Below are positions 29,990 through 42,304 of a stretch of 64,000 nucleotides of DNA, piece after piece; position 1 is the first letter of the stretch; the number at the start of each line of letters is the position of its first letter. The position numbers and the translations under genes are program-made. The notes beneath the pieces are model-generated. The model saw nothing but the letters and a program-made list of their open reading frames with translations, searched no databases and was not told the origin of the DNA. The stretch comes from Eledone cirrhosa (lineage: Eukaryota). The stretch is taken from positions 88,102,001-88,166,000 of the forward strand of contig OZ024745.1 of NCBI GenBank assembly GCA_964016885.1, in the 5' to 3' direction.

Positions 29990-31190
29990 CATATATATGT
30001 TATACATACACACACACACACATATATACACACACATATAAACATAGACACATATACACTTATATATATTACAAACATTTTATATACACATACATGCATA
30101 CGCATATATATTTCATATATGCACATTTTATACCTGCTACATATATATATATATTTTTTACATATACATATATATATACTCTACATATATATACATATAA
30201 ATATATTATACACATATCCACATATACATATACACATACACATACCTATACATACACATATCTATCTCACACATACGCACGTGCATACATACACATATAT
30301 ATATATACACACATATGCACACATACACATAAACATGTACACATATATCTGTATACCTACAGACACATATATAAAAAAACACATCTATACATACATATAT
30401 GTATACACATCCACTCAAGTGTTTAAGTTCATATATAAATTGGTGTGGGGAAGGGGATATTAATACAATGCTATTGTACCTCTGAGGGTGTTTCTTCTCT
30501 TCAGTGATCGAATGTTTGAAAGTACGGGTGTCATCAACTATTTTTCTTTTTCAATATGAGATTTTTTTAAAGAAAAGAGAGGGGGAGAATCCCGTTGCTT
30601 GAAGATGGAATATCACTCATATTGAAAAAGAAAAATAGTTGATGACACCCGTACTTTCAAACATTCGATCACTGAAGAGAAGAAACACCCTCAGAGGTAC
30701 AATAGCATTGTATTAATATCCCCTTCCCCACACCAATTTATATATGAACTTAAACACTTGAGTGGATGTGTATACATATATGTATGTATAGATGTGTTTT
30801 TTTATATATGTCTCTGTAGGTATACAGATATATGTGTACATGTTTATGTGTATGTGTGCATATGTGTGTATATATATATATGTGTATGTATGCACGTGCG
30901 TATGTGTGAGATAGATATGTGTTTGTATAGGTATGTGTATGTGTATATGTATGTGTGGATATGTGTATAATATATTTATATGTATATATATGTAGAGTAT
31001 ATATATGTATATGTAAAATATATATATATATGTAGGAGGTATAAAATGTCTATATATGGAATATATAAGTGTATGCATGTATGTTTATATAAAATGTGTG
31101 GAATATACATGTGTATATGTATGTATATGTGTATATTTGTGTATGTATATATGTGTGTGTATATATGTGTGTGTATGTATGTATAACATA
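29990..31190. repeat. Large inverted repeat (about 570-bp arms, 55-nt loop at 30561-30615)
   Basis: Unique inner arms 30405-30560 and 30616-30771 look identical. The outer arms are matching low-complexity CA/TA mosaics. Confidence 0.92.
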
Positions 31191-31812
31191 TATGTGTGTG
31201 TATGGGATATATATATATGTGTGTGTATATATGTGGGAGATATATATCATATGTATGTAGGATATGTATAGTGTATATATAGGATGTATATTATATATGT
31301 GTGGGATATATGTGTGGTATATGTATAGGATATACATAGTCTTTATATAAAATGTATGTATGGTATATGTTTAAAAAATATGTATATGGGGTGTGAAAAA
31401 TTTATATATATATGTACGTAGAAAGAATATATATGTGTGTATATGTGGTGCGTATATATATATATGTATATGTATGAGATATATGTATATGTATGTATAG
31501 GATATATATATATGTGTATATATATATGTATGTATGTAAAATATATATATATGTGTGTGTGTGAGATATATATATATATGTATATATATGTGTATGTACA
31601 AGATATGTATAATATATATGTATGTTTAGTGTGTATGTGTATGTGTGTATAAGATATATATATATGTGGGTGTGTGTGTATATATATATAAAATATATAT
31701 ATATATGTATGGTGTATATGTGTGTATATATATATGTGTGTATATATATATGTGGTATGTGTATATATGTGTGTGTATATATGTGTGTGCCTGTATGTGT
31801 GTATATGTATGT

Positions 31813-31859
<47 letters not shown>

Positions 31860-31949
31860 TATGAAACGAAAGGAGCTGTGTGGTTATTAAAAACAAGTTT
31901 TAGGATGGTGGTTAGGGCGGAAGAGGAGGAGAAAGGAGGAAAGGAGTTT

Positions 31950-32010
31950 CCATCGTCAGCTGTAAATGTATCCCGAACCGATGTTTCGGCGCTGAATTAC
32001 AGGATATCGG
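31950..32010 (-). ncRNA. Candidate non-circularly permuted hammerhead ribozyme
   Basis: Minus strand reads CCGAT-A-TC-CTGTAA-ttcagcg-CC-GAAA-C-ATCGG-ttcgggatacat-TTACAG-CTGACGA-T-GG. All three core strands are present with abutting stems, but in scrambled order. Confidence 0.55.
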
Positions 32011-32907
32011 CGTAGTTCGGGTGCTCCCGAGGCCTTTTATTAATCAAAAGTCCAGGGGGAAAAGGAGAGAGAAAGAGAGAAAAAAGGAGAGAAAAAAGGA
32101 AAGAGAGGGAAAGGAGGAAGACGGGGAAAAATAGGAAAGGAATAGAAGAAAAATGTGTGCAGATCCCATCGTGGGAAGACACGGGTGAAAGAAACATGCA
32201 AAAAAGTAACCGTGGAAAAATAGGAAAGTAAGTTGTGGCCAACCTGGGAGTCTTTAGCCTGGTGGTCAGCTACGACTCAGAGCTGGTATGATCGTGCTGC
32301 CTCTCGCATAAGCAGGAGAAAGTGAGAGAGAGACACGGGCAACCAAAAGTAAGGAGGAGAAGGTTTTTTTTTACGACGGTGGGAAAACGTGCCGCAAAGA
32401 TTGCGGACAAATATATATATATATATGGTTTTGCATGTGTATGTATGTGTGTATATATATATATATATGTATGTATGTGTTGATATGTGTTTGTATGTAG
32501 TATATATGGACGGAAGATATATTTACATATTGGGAAGTGAATATGTGAGCCAGCATGTCCCCACCATACTTCCTCTCCCAAACCAATATCAACAACACAT
32601 CTTTGACAAATGTTCCCAAACTACCCTTCTTTTCTCTTTTTCCTGTCATCCCATTCTTATCAAAAGACATGTATCTTACACCTCATTAAAACCCAGACAT
32701 ACACCTAAATTCATCTTTGATATACACTTTGTAGAAGATATTATTTATGGATTTGGAAGAGTTGATTCATCTATGCCATTATATACTCATCAAATGTCAG
32801 CCAATGAATTATAACCAGCAGTAGAGTATGTTTACAACCAATTTCTCAAACACCTTTATCTTACAACTTCACCATTTTTGAGTGTATAGGTATGTGTGTG
32901 TGTGTAC

Positions 32908-32957
<50 letters not shown>

Positions 32958-33174
32958 ATGCTTTAATTTCTCTGGACCTTCATCATCATCAACACTCATT
33001 AACACCACACCCCACACCCCAGTCACATTCAAATCTCTCTTATATATAGTCACACATTTCAACACAACCTAATCTCAGTTTGACAATCGCCACAGACAGA
33101 CGATTGCGAGAAAGTTAACAAAGAACTTACTGGATCTACCAACTCATAATATTATAATATTATAAAATTAAATC

Positions 33175-33362
33175 AGGCGGTGAATTGGCAGTATCGGTAG
33201 AGGGTTGGAAGCCATACTTTCTAGCATAGTTACGTCCCTTTACGTTTGAGTTCAAATCCCATCGAGGTTAACTTTACCTTTCATCCTTACGGGATCGATA
33301 AAATAAAGTACCAGTAATGTACTGCGTAATTGCTGGCATTGTGCCAAAAGTAGAAACAATTA
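33175..33362 (+). mobile_element. tRNA-derived Nin/Deu-type SINE family 1, full length
   Basis: Head ggcggtgaattggcagtatcggtagag, B-box gagttcaaatcc, core cctttcatccttacgggatcgataaaataaagtaccag, tail gtgccaaaagtagaaacaatta. Confidence 0.88.
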
Positions 33363-33679
33363 TAAAATTAAATCACAAATGTTTTAACACTACAACTGAA
33401 GTCATTCTTTTCTTTTTTTTCAAATATACTTAACTGTACCAAGGATCTCACATATTTTCCAATATATATATATATAGTTAGATAGATAGATAATTAGATA
33501 CTTAAATGATTAATTTGATTTCAGATACAGAGTCTATTTTTGTTTAGAGAGAAACCTGAAAACTAAAAGGAAAATAAACCAAGATTGTATGACACGTAGT
33601 CTTTTCGTAAGAGCAATTCATTAAAGGGATATTCTTCAATGGCAACATTAAACTAAGTAGTAAATAGATTCACCCTCTT

Positions 33680-34080
33680 CCCATTCGTAGGAGGTAGATT
33701 CCTCATCTGGGACACTATCTGTTGCGACACGTCCTCGGCATATAACTTAGTCGCTTTGGCCACAAACCCCGGTACTACGACCCGCCTTGAAGAAGAATGA
33801 AAAATAAACAATCATCGGAGACTGTCCGGCCGCTTCCACTTCGCATCGGTCGCCGTGGAGAACTCAGGCGTATTTGGACCCCGTACAGTCGAGCTCCTCC
33901 AGAAGATTGGAACGTCGAAGGAAGGAGCCCCGCGTGCTGGGGTGGATGTTGCAGCGGGTGTCACTGGCCATTGTCGGCGGGCATGCTTTTGCAGTCTTGT
34001 CTGTGGGGCACAACCCCCTCTACCGCCGCGCGCTAGGCCCTGAGCCCAATCTTCCTCCCCCTTCCCCCATTCTCATGTGA
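33680..34080 (+). pseudogene. CRE-like retrotransposon 3' fragment (restriction-like endonuclease), frameshifted
   Basis: GRFLIWDTICCDT..., ENSGVFGPRT... and MLQRVSLAIVGGHA. A pyrimidine-rich UTR follows. Confidence 0.75.
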
Positions 34081-34549
34081 CAGTAGAGTTCTTGCCATTA
34101 CCTCCCCTCCCCATTTTTTCTTTCTTTTTCTCTTTTTCTCTATATTCTCCTATTTTACATTCCATTCTTAATCTAAATTTTCTTTTTTTTTCTCTTTCTA
34201 TTAAACTGTATTAACACGATATATTCCAGAAATAAAATAATTTATTTTAGTAGCAAATTTAAATTTAACTTTTTTTAGCAGTATCTGACGATCTATCACA
34301 AAATTCCTGCTTATATTGAATGTGCTTAGAAGGGCCTTTAAATTTGTAGATCGAAACAACTTCATATGGTACGCTATGGATCTGTATCCTCTGAGGATAT
34401 TGTAGGGGTGCCATATTGATATTCGGCAATCCTTACGGCATTTTTAAAGCCTGGTGGATCCCATACCCTCTCCAGGCTTAAGTACAGATTTCTTTCACAG
34501 AAGGATATAGAGTGGAAGAAAAGAAGTTAGAAAAGTTGTAGAAGATTAA

Positions 34550-34688
34550 TTGACCCCGGTATTAGACTGGTGTTTTTTTTATCGACTTCGAATTGATGAA
34601 AGGCAAAGTTTACCTCAGTGGGATTTGAACTGAGAGAGCCGGAACAAGCCCCGCATAGCATCTAACAACTCTGCTAATTCGCCGCCTA
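34550..34688 (-). mobile_element. SINE family 1, degenerate; further minus copies at 29890-29970, 36670-36780 and 39797-39977
   Basis: atcgac...gatgaaaggcaaagtt...ggatttgaact is the reverse complement of the family core. Confidence 0.75.
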
Positions 34689-35239
34689 CATGTATCTTTA
34701 TTTCTGTATCTTTATTTCTGGTAGAGGTCGTTTTCGTATCGATTGTTATTCAGAAATGTCTTCGAATTAATTGTTTAATGAGCATATCAGACTCCTAAAA
34801 TAGGAAAATGTGAACATAATTTGAAGCTTCGTTAATGTAGAAATTAAATGATCAATTTCTTAAAATATCAATGTTAATTAAATAGTGTTTAAATGAGTCG
34901 TGTAGTGATTTAGACTGGTGGTTGTCAATTGAAGGGCAATGAGATATAGAATGTTGACGTGTGCCCATGTATGTGTACAAAGGAGTGCACTCACGGTTGT
35001 GTACATTGTGTACATGTTAGAGTAATAATTGAACGTTTTCACAGAATTATGTGAATTCGGCTACCTATTGACTCTAAATGGCTTCATATTTTGATGTAAG
35101 GCCATAGATGGCACTTGTAGAGGTATACATCGTTTTCAGATCCTGATTGATATATTTCTCCTATGATGATTAAAGTAGAATTCTCAGACAAATATACATA
35201 ACAAAACACAGCAAAGTATTTGATGATGATGAGGATAAT

Positions 35240-35870
35240 AATGGCGAGCTAAAAGGATACACAGAAGCTTTGGTGTGCAACGCTCAATAGCAAGCTCTTC
35301 AAACTAACTACTTACACCTTTATGTTGAGAAAACGATAAAGTTACCATTATGTAGAATATGTGGAACAAAAGGAGAAATGGTCAGCCATATTGTAAGCGA
35401 ATGTAAGTTGGTACAGTGAGAGTACAAAAGATGACAGGACAATCTTGCCAGATATATTCATTGGATGATATCTGAGAAATGTGGGTTTGTCAGAGCAACT
35501 AAATGGTATGAGCAGAGACCAGAATGGGTGTTAGAGAATGACAAATAAGCTTTTGTGGGAATTCAACATTAAATGCGATAGAATAATTGAGGCAAGAAGG
35601 CCAGGTGTTTTTAGTTGTGAAGAAGAAGAGAAATAGAGGCCCGAATTATCAATACCTCTATTCCAGGAGATAACACAGTGAATGATAAAGAGCATGAAAA
35701 GATGGAGCAGCATGAGCCACTGAAAGAAGAGGTTAAAAAGTTGTAGGCAGATGAAATTTGTCGCAGTTTGAACACATGACCAGTAAAATGACTATCCTCT
35801 GGCAGAGATGAAAGAGTAGAAGCTTCAATCTGGTTAGACAAAACTGAGAAAGAGCATGGCAATTAAGGAG
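35240..35870 (+). pseudogene. Decayed Dong/R4-clade LINE 3' fragment
   Basis: Remnants AQ*QALQTN, PLCRICG..GE.VSHIVSECK, YIHW, KWYEQRPE, KLLW.FNI and EARRP, with many stops. Confidence 0.8.
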
Positions 35871-37467
35871 TAATATATAACGGTTTCCATGCACACGTTT
35901 TCCCCCACTGTTTGGCCTTTAAGGGGCTGGGATAGTATTCGCACAGCGCATTGTTTCAGTTCCTATCAAACTAGATATCCAAACCGAACCATACCCTAGG
36001 CAGCTTAACATTTCTACAGGGCTACCGTTGTTAATTTTCCTCGTAAAACTGGTTCTTATTAATTTAGAACAGTGCTGGTTACTTCAAAATTCATGGTGAC
36101 CATCATTATTACAGTGACGTTATCCATATACGCCGATACTGTTCAACGGCGCCCAATTAGTTGTTTTCACAAAGATGGCGGTCCTTATAGCTAAGCTAAT
36201 CTACCTGTATCTTTTCAGAAGTGGTTGTATGTAACACCAGTTGTGCCAATTAGTAATGAGACGTTATATAAATCCCTTAACTGTCATAATGTTTTGAAAT
36301 CAATAGTTAAACTACTGAAGTTACTTTGCTTCTCAGCCTGCTTTTACGTAACATTATAATCATTTGACATTGCTAAGTTGATAATTAGTAGATTATTGTC
36401 ATTTTCTATAATGGGAAATATGAGGATGTCTGTTATTTCTTATCAACTCATCTAGCTGCAATCTAAATATCCATTATAGTTTCGCATTGTCATCTTCCAA
36501 AACAGGTAGAATATAACGTATCTGTGTCTATAGACCTGCAACTGCTGATGGAGTCGTACGGGTGACATCGTCACTTTAAATCTAGCAGAGTCCAGCCTCT
36601 CTCCAGGTCTGATGAAAACATGGAAGAAGATTGACTGAAGGAGGGAGGAAGGGAAAATAGATATAGAAGTAGATTATACCCCAGTACTGGACTAATAAAT
36701 ATATTATGGACCTCGAAGAGATGAAAAACCAAGTTAACATTTGTAGTATTTGAACTCATTTTATCCGACATTCTCACCGCTATTTGCTGCCTATATTAGT
36801 ATAAGTTGAGTTTATCTAAAAACAGTAAAAATGTTGAGGCTTGGCGTAATGTAGTTTGTTAGGTTATTCTGTTTTTATCTTTATTGCCAAAGCCAAATAT
36901 CTTGATACAAGTTGGTGTATGCTTTAGACTATACACCTCATCGTCTACATTTGTCGGCTATATTATTGGAGCTGTAGATATTCCTCTCAATATATCTATC
37001 TAGTAGTGATCCTCTTCTCCAGTATTGCCAATGCTGTTGCTTCTGTTTCCATATTCTTCTTTGATTTAACGTTTTATTTAAATACATTCTGCTTGCAGAA
37101 ACACAGCCGATGTAAAACCATTGTTTTATGGTTGTTCACTACAGTACATTTTATGGGCCACCAATATATCCGATTTTGTTGTTTGGGGATTTCAATATAT
37201 TTGTTCAAATTATAATCCAATATCTTATGAGAATTACTTAGCTAGGAATATAACCGATTCGCAACCCGATTTTTAAAGACCATAGAGGATTAGATTTTGT
37301 AGCAGGCATTCTTTGTGAGTAGAAAATACAGCGCGCAATATAAATATGTTATGTTGCTGCCCGAGACCCACTAATTCCCTTTCATCTTCACCCACAGGGT
37401 TATATAGGCAGTGATAGAGATGTTTTTCTTTGTTTTGTTTTTGTTTTAATATTAGTAGATTTATCAA

Positions 37468-38440
37468 GGGTCGTGAATTGGCAGTATCGGTAGAACGTCG
37501 GGCATCATTCTTTATAGTATAGAGTAACGGTCCTTTACGATCTGAGTTCAAATCCTGCCGGGGTTAACTTTGCCTTTTATCCTTGCGGGGTCGATAAAAT
37601 AAAGCACCAGTCATACACTGGTTCAATTTAATGTACTTTCCCCTCCCCCAAAAAGTTTGGCTTTGTGTTTAAATCAGAAACCAATATTAGTAGATTTATC
37701 CTGTATGTTATAGATATGATATGGTTGGTGCTGAAAATGCTTTAACTGTTCAGATAGAATATTTGTTATTGAAGTGAATTTAAAATATATTTTAAAGTTA
37801 GTTAATTCATGCTATTGTTCAGTAGACTTTCTTTTAATGCATTCTTTCACTACACAACTAAGGCCACGTACTGTTTTGTTTGGCTTTCGTATGTTCGATT
37901 ATTTTGAAAGTATGTAAGACGTGCGCAGTGTTAATTAGTGCTATTTTCTGAATGTTGTTTATATAAGTAAATCCTAGTGTTTGATCTTATCCTTTATTCG
38001 TTCCAAAGACGGTGGATTGGCAGTATCGGTAAAGCGTCGGACACCCTGCTTCGCGGCATAGAGTTATGGCCCTTTGCATTCTGAGTTCAACTATCACCGA
38101 GGTTAACTTTGCTTCTCATCCTTACGGGGTCGATAAAATAAAGTACCAGTAACGTACTGGTTCGATTTAATCGACTTTTCCCCTCCACCAAATTTGTTGG
38201 CTTTATGCCTAAATCAGAAACCTTTATCTGTTCATTCCAAAGGCGGTGGATTTGCAGTATCGGTAGAGTGTCGGTAGATTTTGCGGCCTTTTACGTTCTG
38301 AGTTCAAAATCCCGCCGGGGTTAGCTTTGCCTTTCATCTTTATGGGGTCGATAAAATAAAGCACCAGTAATGCATTGGGGTCAGTTTAATCGACTTTCTC
38401 CTCCCACCAAAATTGTTGGCCTACTCTCTAAATCAGCAAC
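37468..38440 (+). mobile_element. Three SINE family 1 copies (37468-37685, 38008-38222, 38241-38440), long-tail variant; more at 40355-40550 and 40760-40933
   Basis: Each has ttggcagtatcggta...gagttcaa...tttcatccttacggggtcgataaaataaag(t/c)accagt with few changes. Confidence 0.9.
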
Positions 38441-41400
38441 TTTTATTTATTCATTTCAAAACTTAATTGCTTTTAGGTCTTCATTATCGTTAATTGGTAG
38501 TAATACGGTGATTAGGAGATGCTCAATTTCCTAATGTTCTTTGATACTAATATCGGGTCGCTTCAGCTTGATTCTTCTGTCTGGGTGTATTGGTATATAC
38601 CAATATGTGGTCGCTTTGTCATTTCCTGAGACATTTTCTGGCGTTTGCTTACCACTTCATTTCTGTCATTATTTCAAACTCTGATGTAATTTCAAGTATA
38701 TCTAAACCCTAGATTTATCATGAATGTATATATATTCATTCTTATTTTAGACTGAATATCCAGAAAAAAGGCGGGTAATTGATTCCTTTTAACTGCCATA
38801 TATTCTTCAGTAATTTATGTATTCAGGCAATTTCGCGAAACAGGTTTTTCACCATGTGACGCAATAAAAACCCTCTAATTTCATATTTCAGATTTGCAGT
38901 ATTTAAACTGTAATTTCATCTTTATTTTTGTCCATCTACATCGTCCATTTCTTTATTCAGTTATTTGCCATGCAGAGGCTCTTCCAACATTTTAGCATAA
39001 TATATAGAAGCTTCGCCATGAAGTTTTCACATTATCGTTTTTTTCTCCTTTCTTCTCACCTGATTATTACTCGAGGCTCTGTCTTGTATTCGTTGGCTTT
39101 CGCGTAGAGAGAAAACAGTTTTTTGTTTTGTTCCTGTTTTGATATATTTGTATTAGTTTTTCATTGTTATTTACTATGTATTTTTGTAGTCATCCACTGG
39201 ATATTTTATAAGAGATATCTAGTTGCAGAAAACCCATAATTCGCTGTATTCGCGATATATATATTATATCTGCATCATATTTCTCGGAGTGCAATATAAA
39301 TGTAATCAGTATTTCTATTCTTTTTTATTTTTCATTTTTGGCTGGATAATTCATTTAGGATCTAGCTGTGGATATGATAACTATAGCGTATTATTGAACG
39401 GATATAATATTGATGCATATTAAGGGATTTTTTCATAGGTGTGGCGGTTAGTATTGTTTTCTAAGTCTTCTAAGCGTGTCTTTCATTTCTATTTGAGTTA
39501 CTATTGTCTAAAACAATGATGTTTAAGTATTGTTATTCTATGTCTGGTTTAATACTGAATTCGCAGTTTCTTTATGTAGCATGACATCAGCGCTATTAAT
39601 TTACTTTCTTCTTCCCAATGTTGAATTGGCACAATTTTCTAACTCGAATCACATATTATTTCCGCTAGTAATTCCGTATAATTTCAGTTCATAATTGTTC
39701 AGCTTCTGCAGTTTACAAAATAAAAAAACATTTATATCCGATACCACTTTTGGTTTAAAATCGTAGCTGTAAGGAGTTAGAGCCACGCAGAAGAGTAATT
39801 GTTTCTACTTTTGGCACAAGGCCAGCAATTATCCAGGGTATTACTGGTGCTCTATTTTATCGACCCTGTAAGGATGAAAGGCAAAGTTAACCTTAGCGGG
39901 ATTTGAACTCAGATCATAAAGGGCCGTAACTCTATGCTACAAAGCATGGCGCCCGACTCTCTACCGATACTGCCAATAAGAATAAGAATAAATAATGAGT
40001 CCCCTTGAAATATCATGCTCCTGGTACAGATGGTGCTAGTCTATATAATTCTGTTTTGTTTGTATCTGCAGCATTGCTTTTCATTTTCTTGTGGCGTGTG
40101 TTAGTATATTTGTATATGTCATGTTGTTTTCGACAAACTGATAGAAGTTAAATTCGCTCTGGGATTTATTTTTAGCAGCAACATTCCGTGTGGGTGTATC
40201 CGTTAATTTATATTACTGCCACTTTTGTAGAGTGTTGAATTAGCATCATAAACCTACTTTACTCATGGCTAATATTTCAACAAACACTGCTGAAAAGAAC
40301 CGACTATATCTTTCTGGTAGTAAATCTGTGTCGAGCTCTGAATTTTCATTGCTCTTAGAGGATCGGACAACGTGCTTTGCAGCATAGAGTTACGGCCCTT
40401 TATAGTTTGAGTTCAAATCCCGCCGAGGTTAGCTTTGCCTTTCTTCCTTACGGTGGCTGATAAAATAAAGCACTAGTAATGCACGAAAGTGGATCTAATC
40501 GACTTTGCCCTCCTCTAAAAGTGTTGACCTTGTGCCTAAATCAGAAACCATTATTTATTAACTTTGTTTATTAGTAATTGATCTTTACAGCTATGTGACC
40601 CGACACAGCATGCTTTCTGTGTATCTAGAAGTCCTGTTTCGCTAGAAACTTCTAAGTTAAAGGAAAGTACGTTGTGGTCTGTAGTTTTTAGGCTTTGCTA
40701 ATTCTGTAGTTTTATGGATTAAGATTGTTATTTGCGACCCACTTAAACGACCGTTCATCCATCGGTAGAGCGTCTGGTGCCATGCTTTGCAACAAAGTGT
40801 TTCGGCCCTTTATGGTCTGAGTTCAAATCCCGCCGAGATTAATTTTGCCTTTCATCCTTACAGGGTTGATCAAATAAAGTACCAGTAATGCACTGGATTA
40901 ATTGCTAGGCTTGTGCCAAAAGTAGAAACAATTATATATTTAACATTTTTATTCATCTAACCAAGCATGTGTTTAGATGACGACGGATAACATTTGAAAT
41001 TGAATTAGAAGCCTTTTTTATTTGTGAATGTTAAAACTTTCATCATGCCTTGCTGCCTTCCAATTGTTTGCTTGTTTTTAAAGATCAAATTACGTCTTGA
41101 ATATTTCGATAAGTGTTTGCACCATGCGGGCTGCTCTGAAGAATGTCATCTGTGGTTAATCTTTTGCTGTCCATATTTCAATGTCTGTTGCTTTATCTGC
41201 TGCTTTGATTTTTATTTCATTTTACTTTACTAGTTATGGATGAAATAGTTTAGCTTGCTGTCATTATATCTATGGTGATCAGGTTGTGTTTATGTTTTTA
41301 TTGATATTTCTATATCATGATTCACCATAATATTTTCTCCTGGCGACGTACTTTCATTGGTTCTTGGGAAGAATTTACATAGATTTTCACCATTAAAATA

Positions 41401-41959
41401 TTGTGATATTCATTAAATCTTTAGAAGTATCTATCTTTAGAATTTTTTCTATTTTTAAATCTTTCTCTTTTAATGACATTTATTTTTATTTCTATTATTA
41501 TCGTTCGGTTTCGATGATCAATATTCAGTAGATATGCTAGGGTTTGTTTAAGTTGTGATTTGTCATTTACAATCTTGTTTTGCATGTTTTATTATCAACA
41601 TTTACTGATTTTTATTCTAATTGTTTTCTTCTCTCTAAGTTATTGATGTTTTTTATGTATTTTTCGTTTCACCATACGATTTCTATATCTTGCATATAGT
41701 TCTCATTAAATTAGATAGTTTATTTATAGTGAAGTCAAGTGGATTAATAGGTAGTGGTGAGCGGCTTACGAACGTAAATTTGTGAGTTTGATTCGTGGTG
41801 GCAAAATTAGCTGTACCTGTAATTCAAAAGGCCAACTTTGTCAGTTGCATCAGCTGAATCTCCCTGAGAACTACGTTAAGGAATTAACTTGTCCGTGGAA
41901 TGTTCAGTTCTTTGCACAGTACTTTTTGCAACCAGGTAGAACTGCTAGTTCTCCAAATT

Positions 41960-42220
41960 GAGAGATCACAGCTGCGATACTATGGGCATGTGGTTAGAAC
42001 ATCTAAGGAAAGGATCACTAGACAGATTTTCGGACAAAACTAACCGCCAGGGGACCAAAGGGCAGAGCCCGAGCAAGATGGTTGGATAACATCGATGAGC
42101 TTGGTTGGTCTCGCTTGGGAATCCAGCTGGATCAGTTGGAGACGGTTGCTTCTGACAGGACACGGTAGAAGTAATGTTTGAAGACACTTCGCTCACGACA
42201 CTCTCAGGAATAAGTGGGCG
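41960..42220 (+). pseudogene. 3' fragment of an RTE/Expander-like LINE
   Basis: QLRYYGHVVR...RQIF...RWLDNIDELGWSRLGI, ending in (CTA)n(TAA)n. Confidence 0.7.
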
Positions 42221-42231
42221 ACTACTACTAT

Positions 42232-42278
<47 letters not shown>

Positions 42279-42304
42279 ATAATAATAATAATAATAATAA
42301 TGAT

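Noticed and set aside
33175-33265. tRNA-like sequences at SINE heads (also 14766-14840)
   Set aside because: They continue into a shared SINE body and lack a proper cloverleaf, so they are not tRNA genes.
37468-38440. Repeated units with spacers, superficially CRISPR-like
   Set aside because: These are about 200-bp SINE copies in eukaryotic DNA, with irregular spacing and no cas genes.
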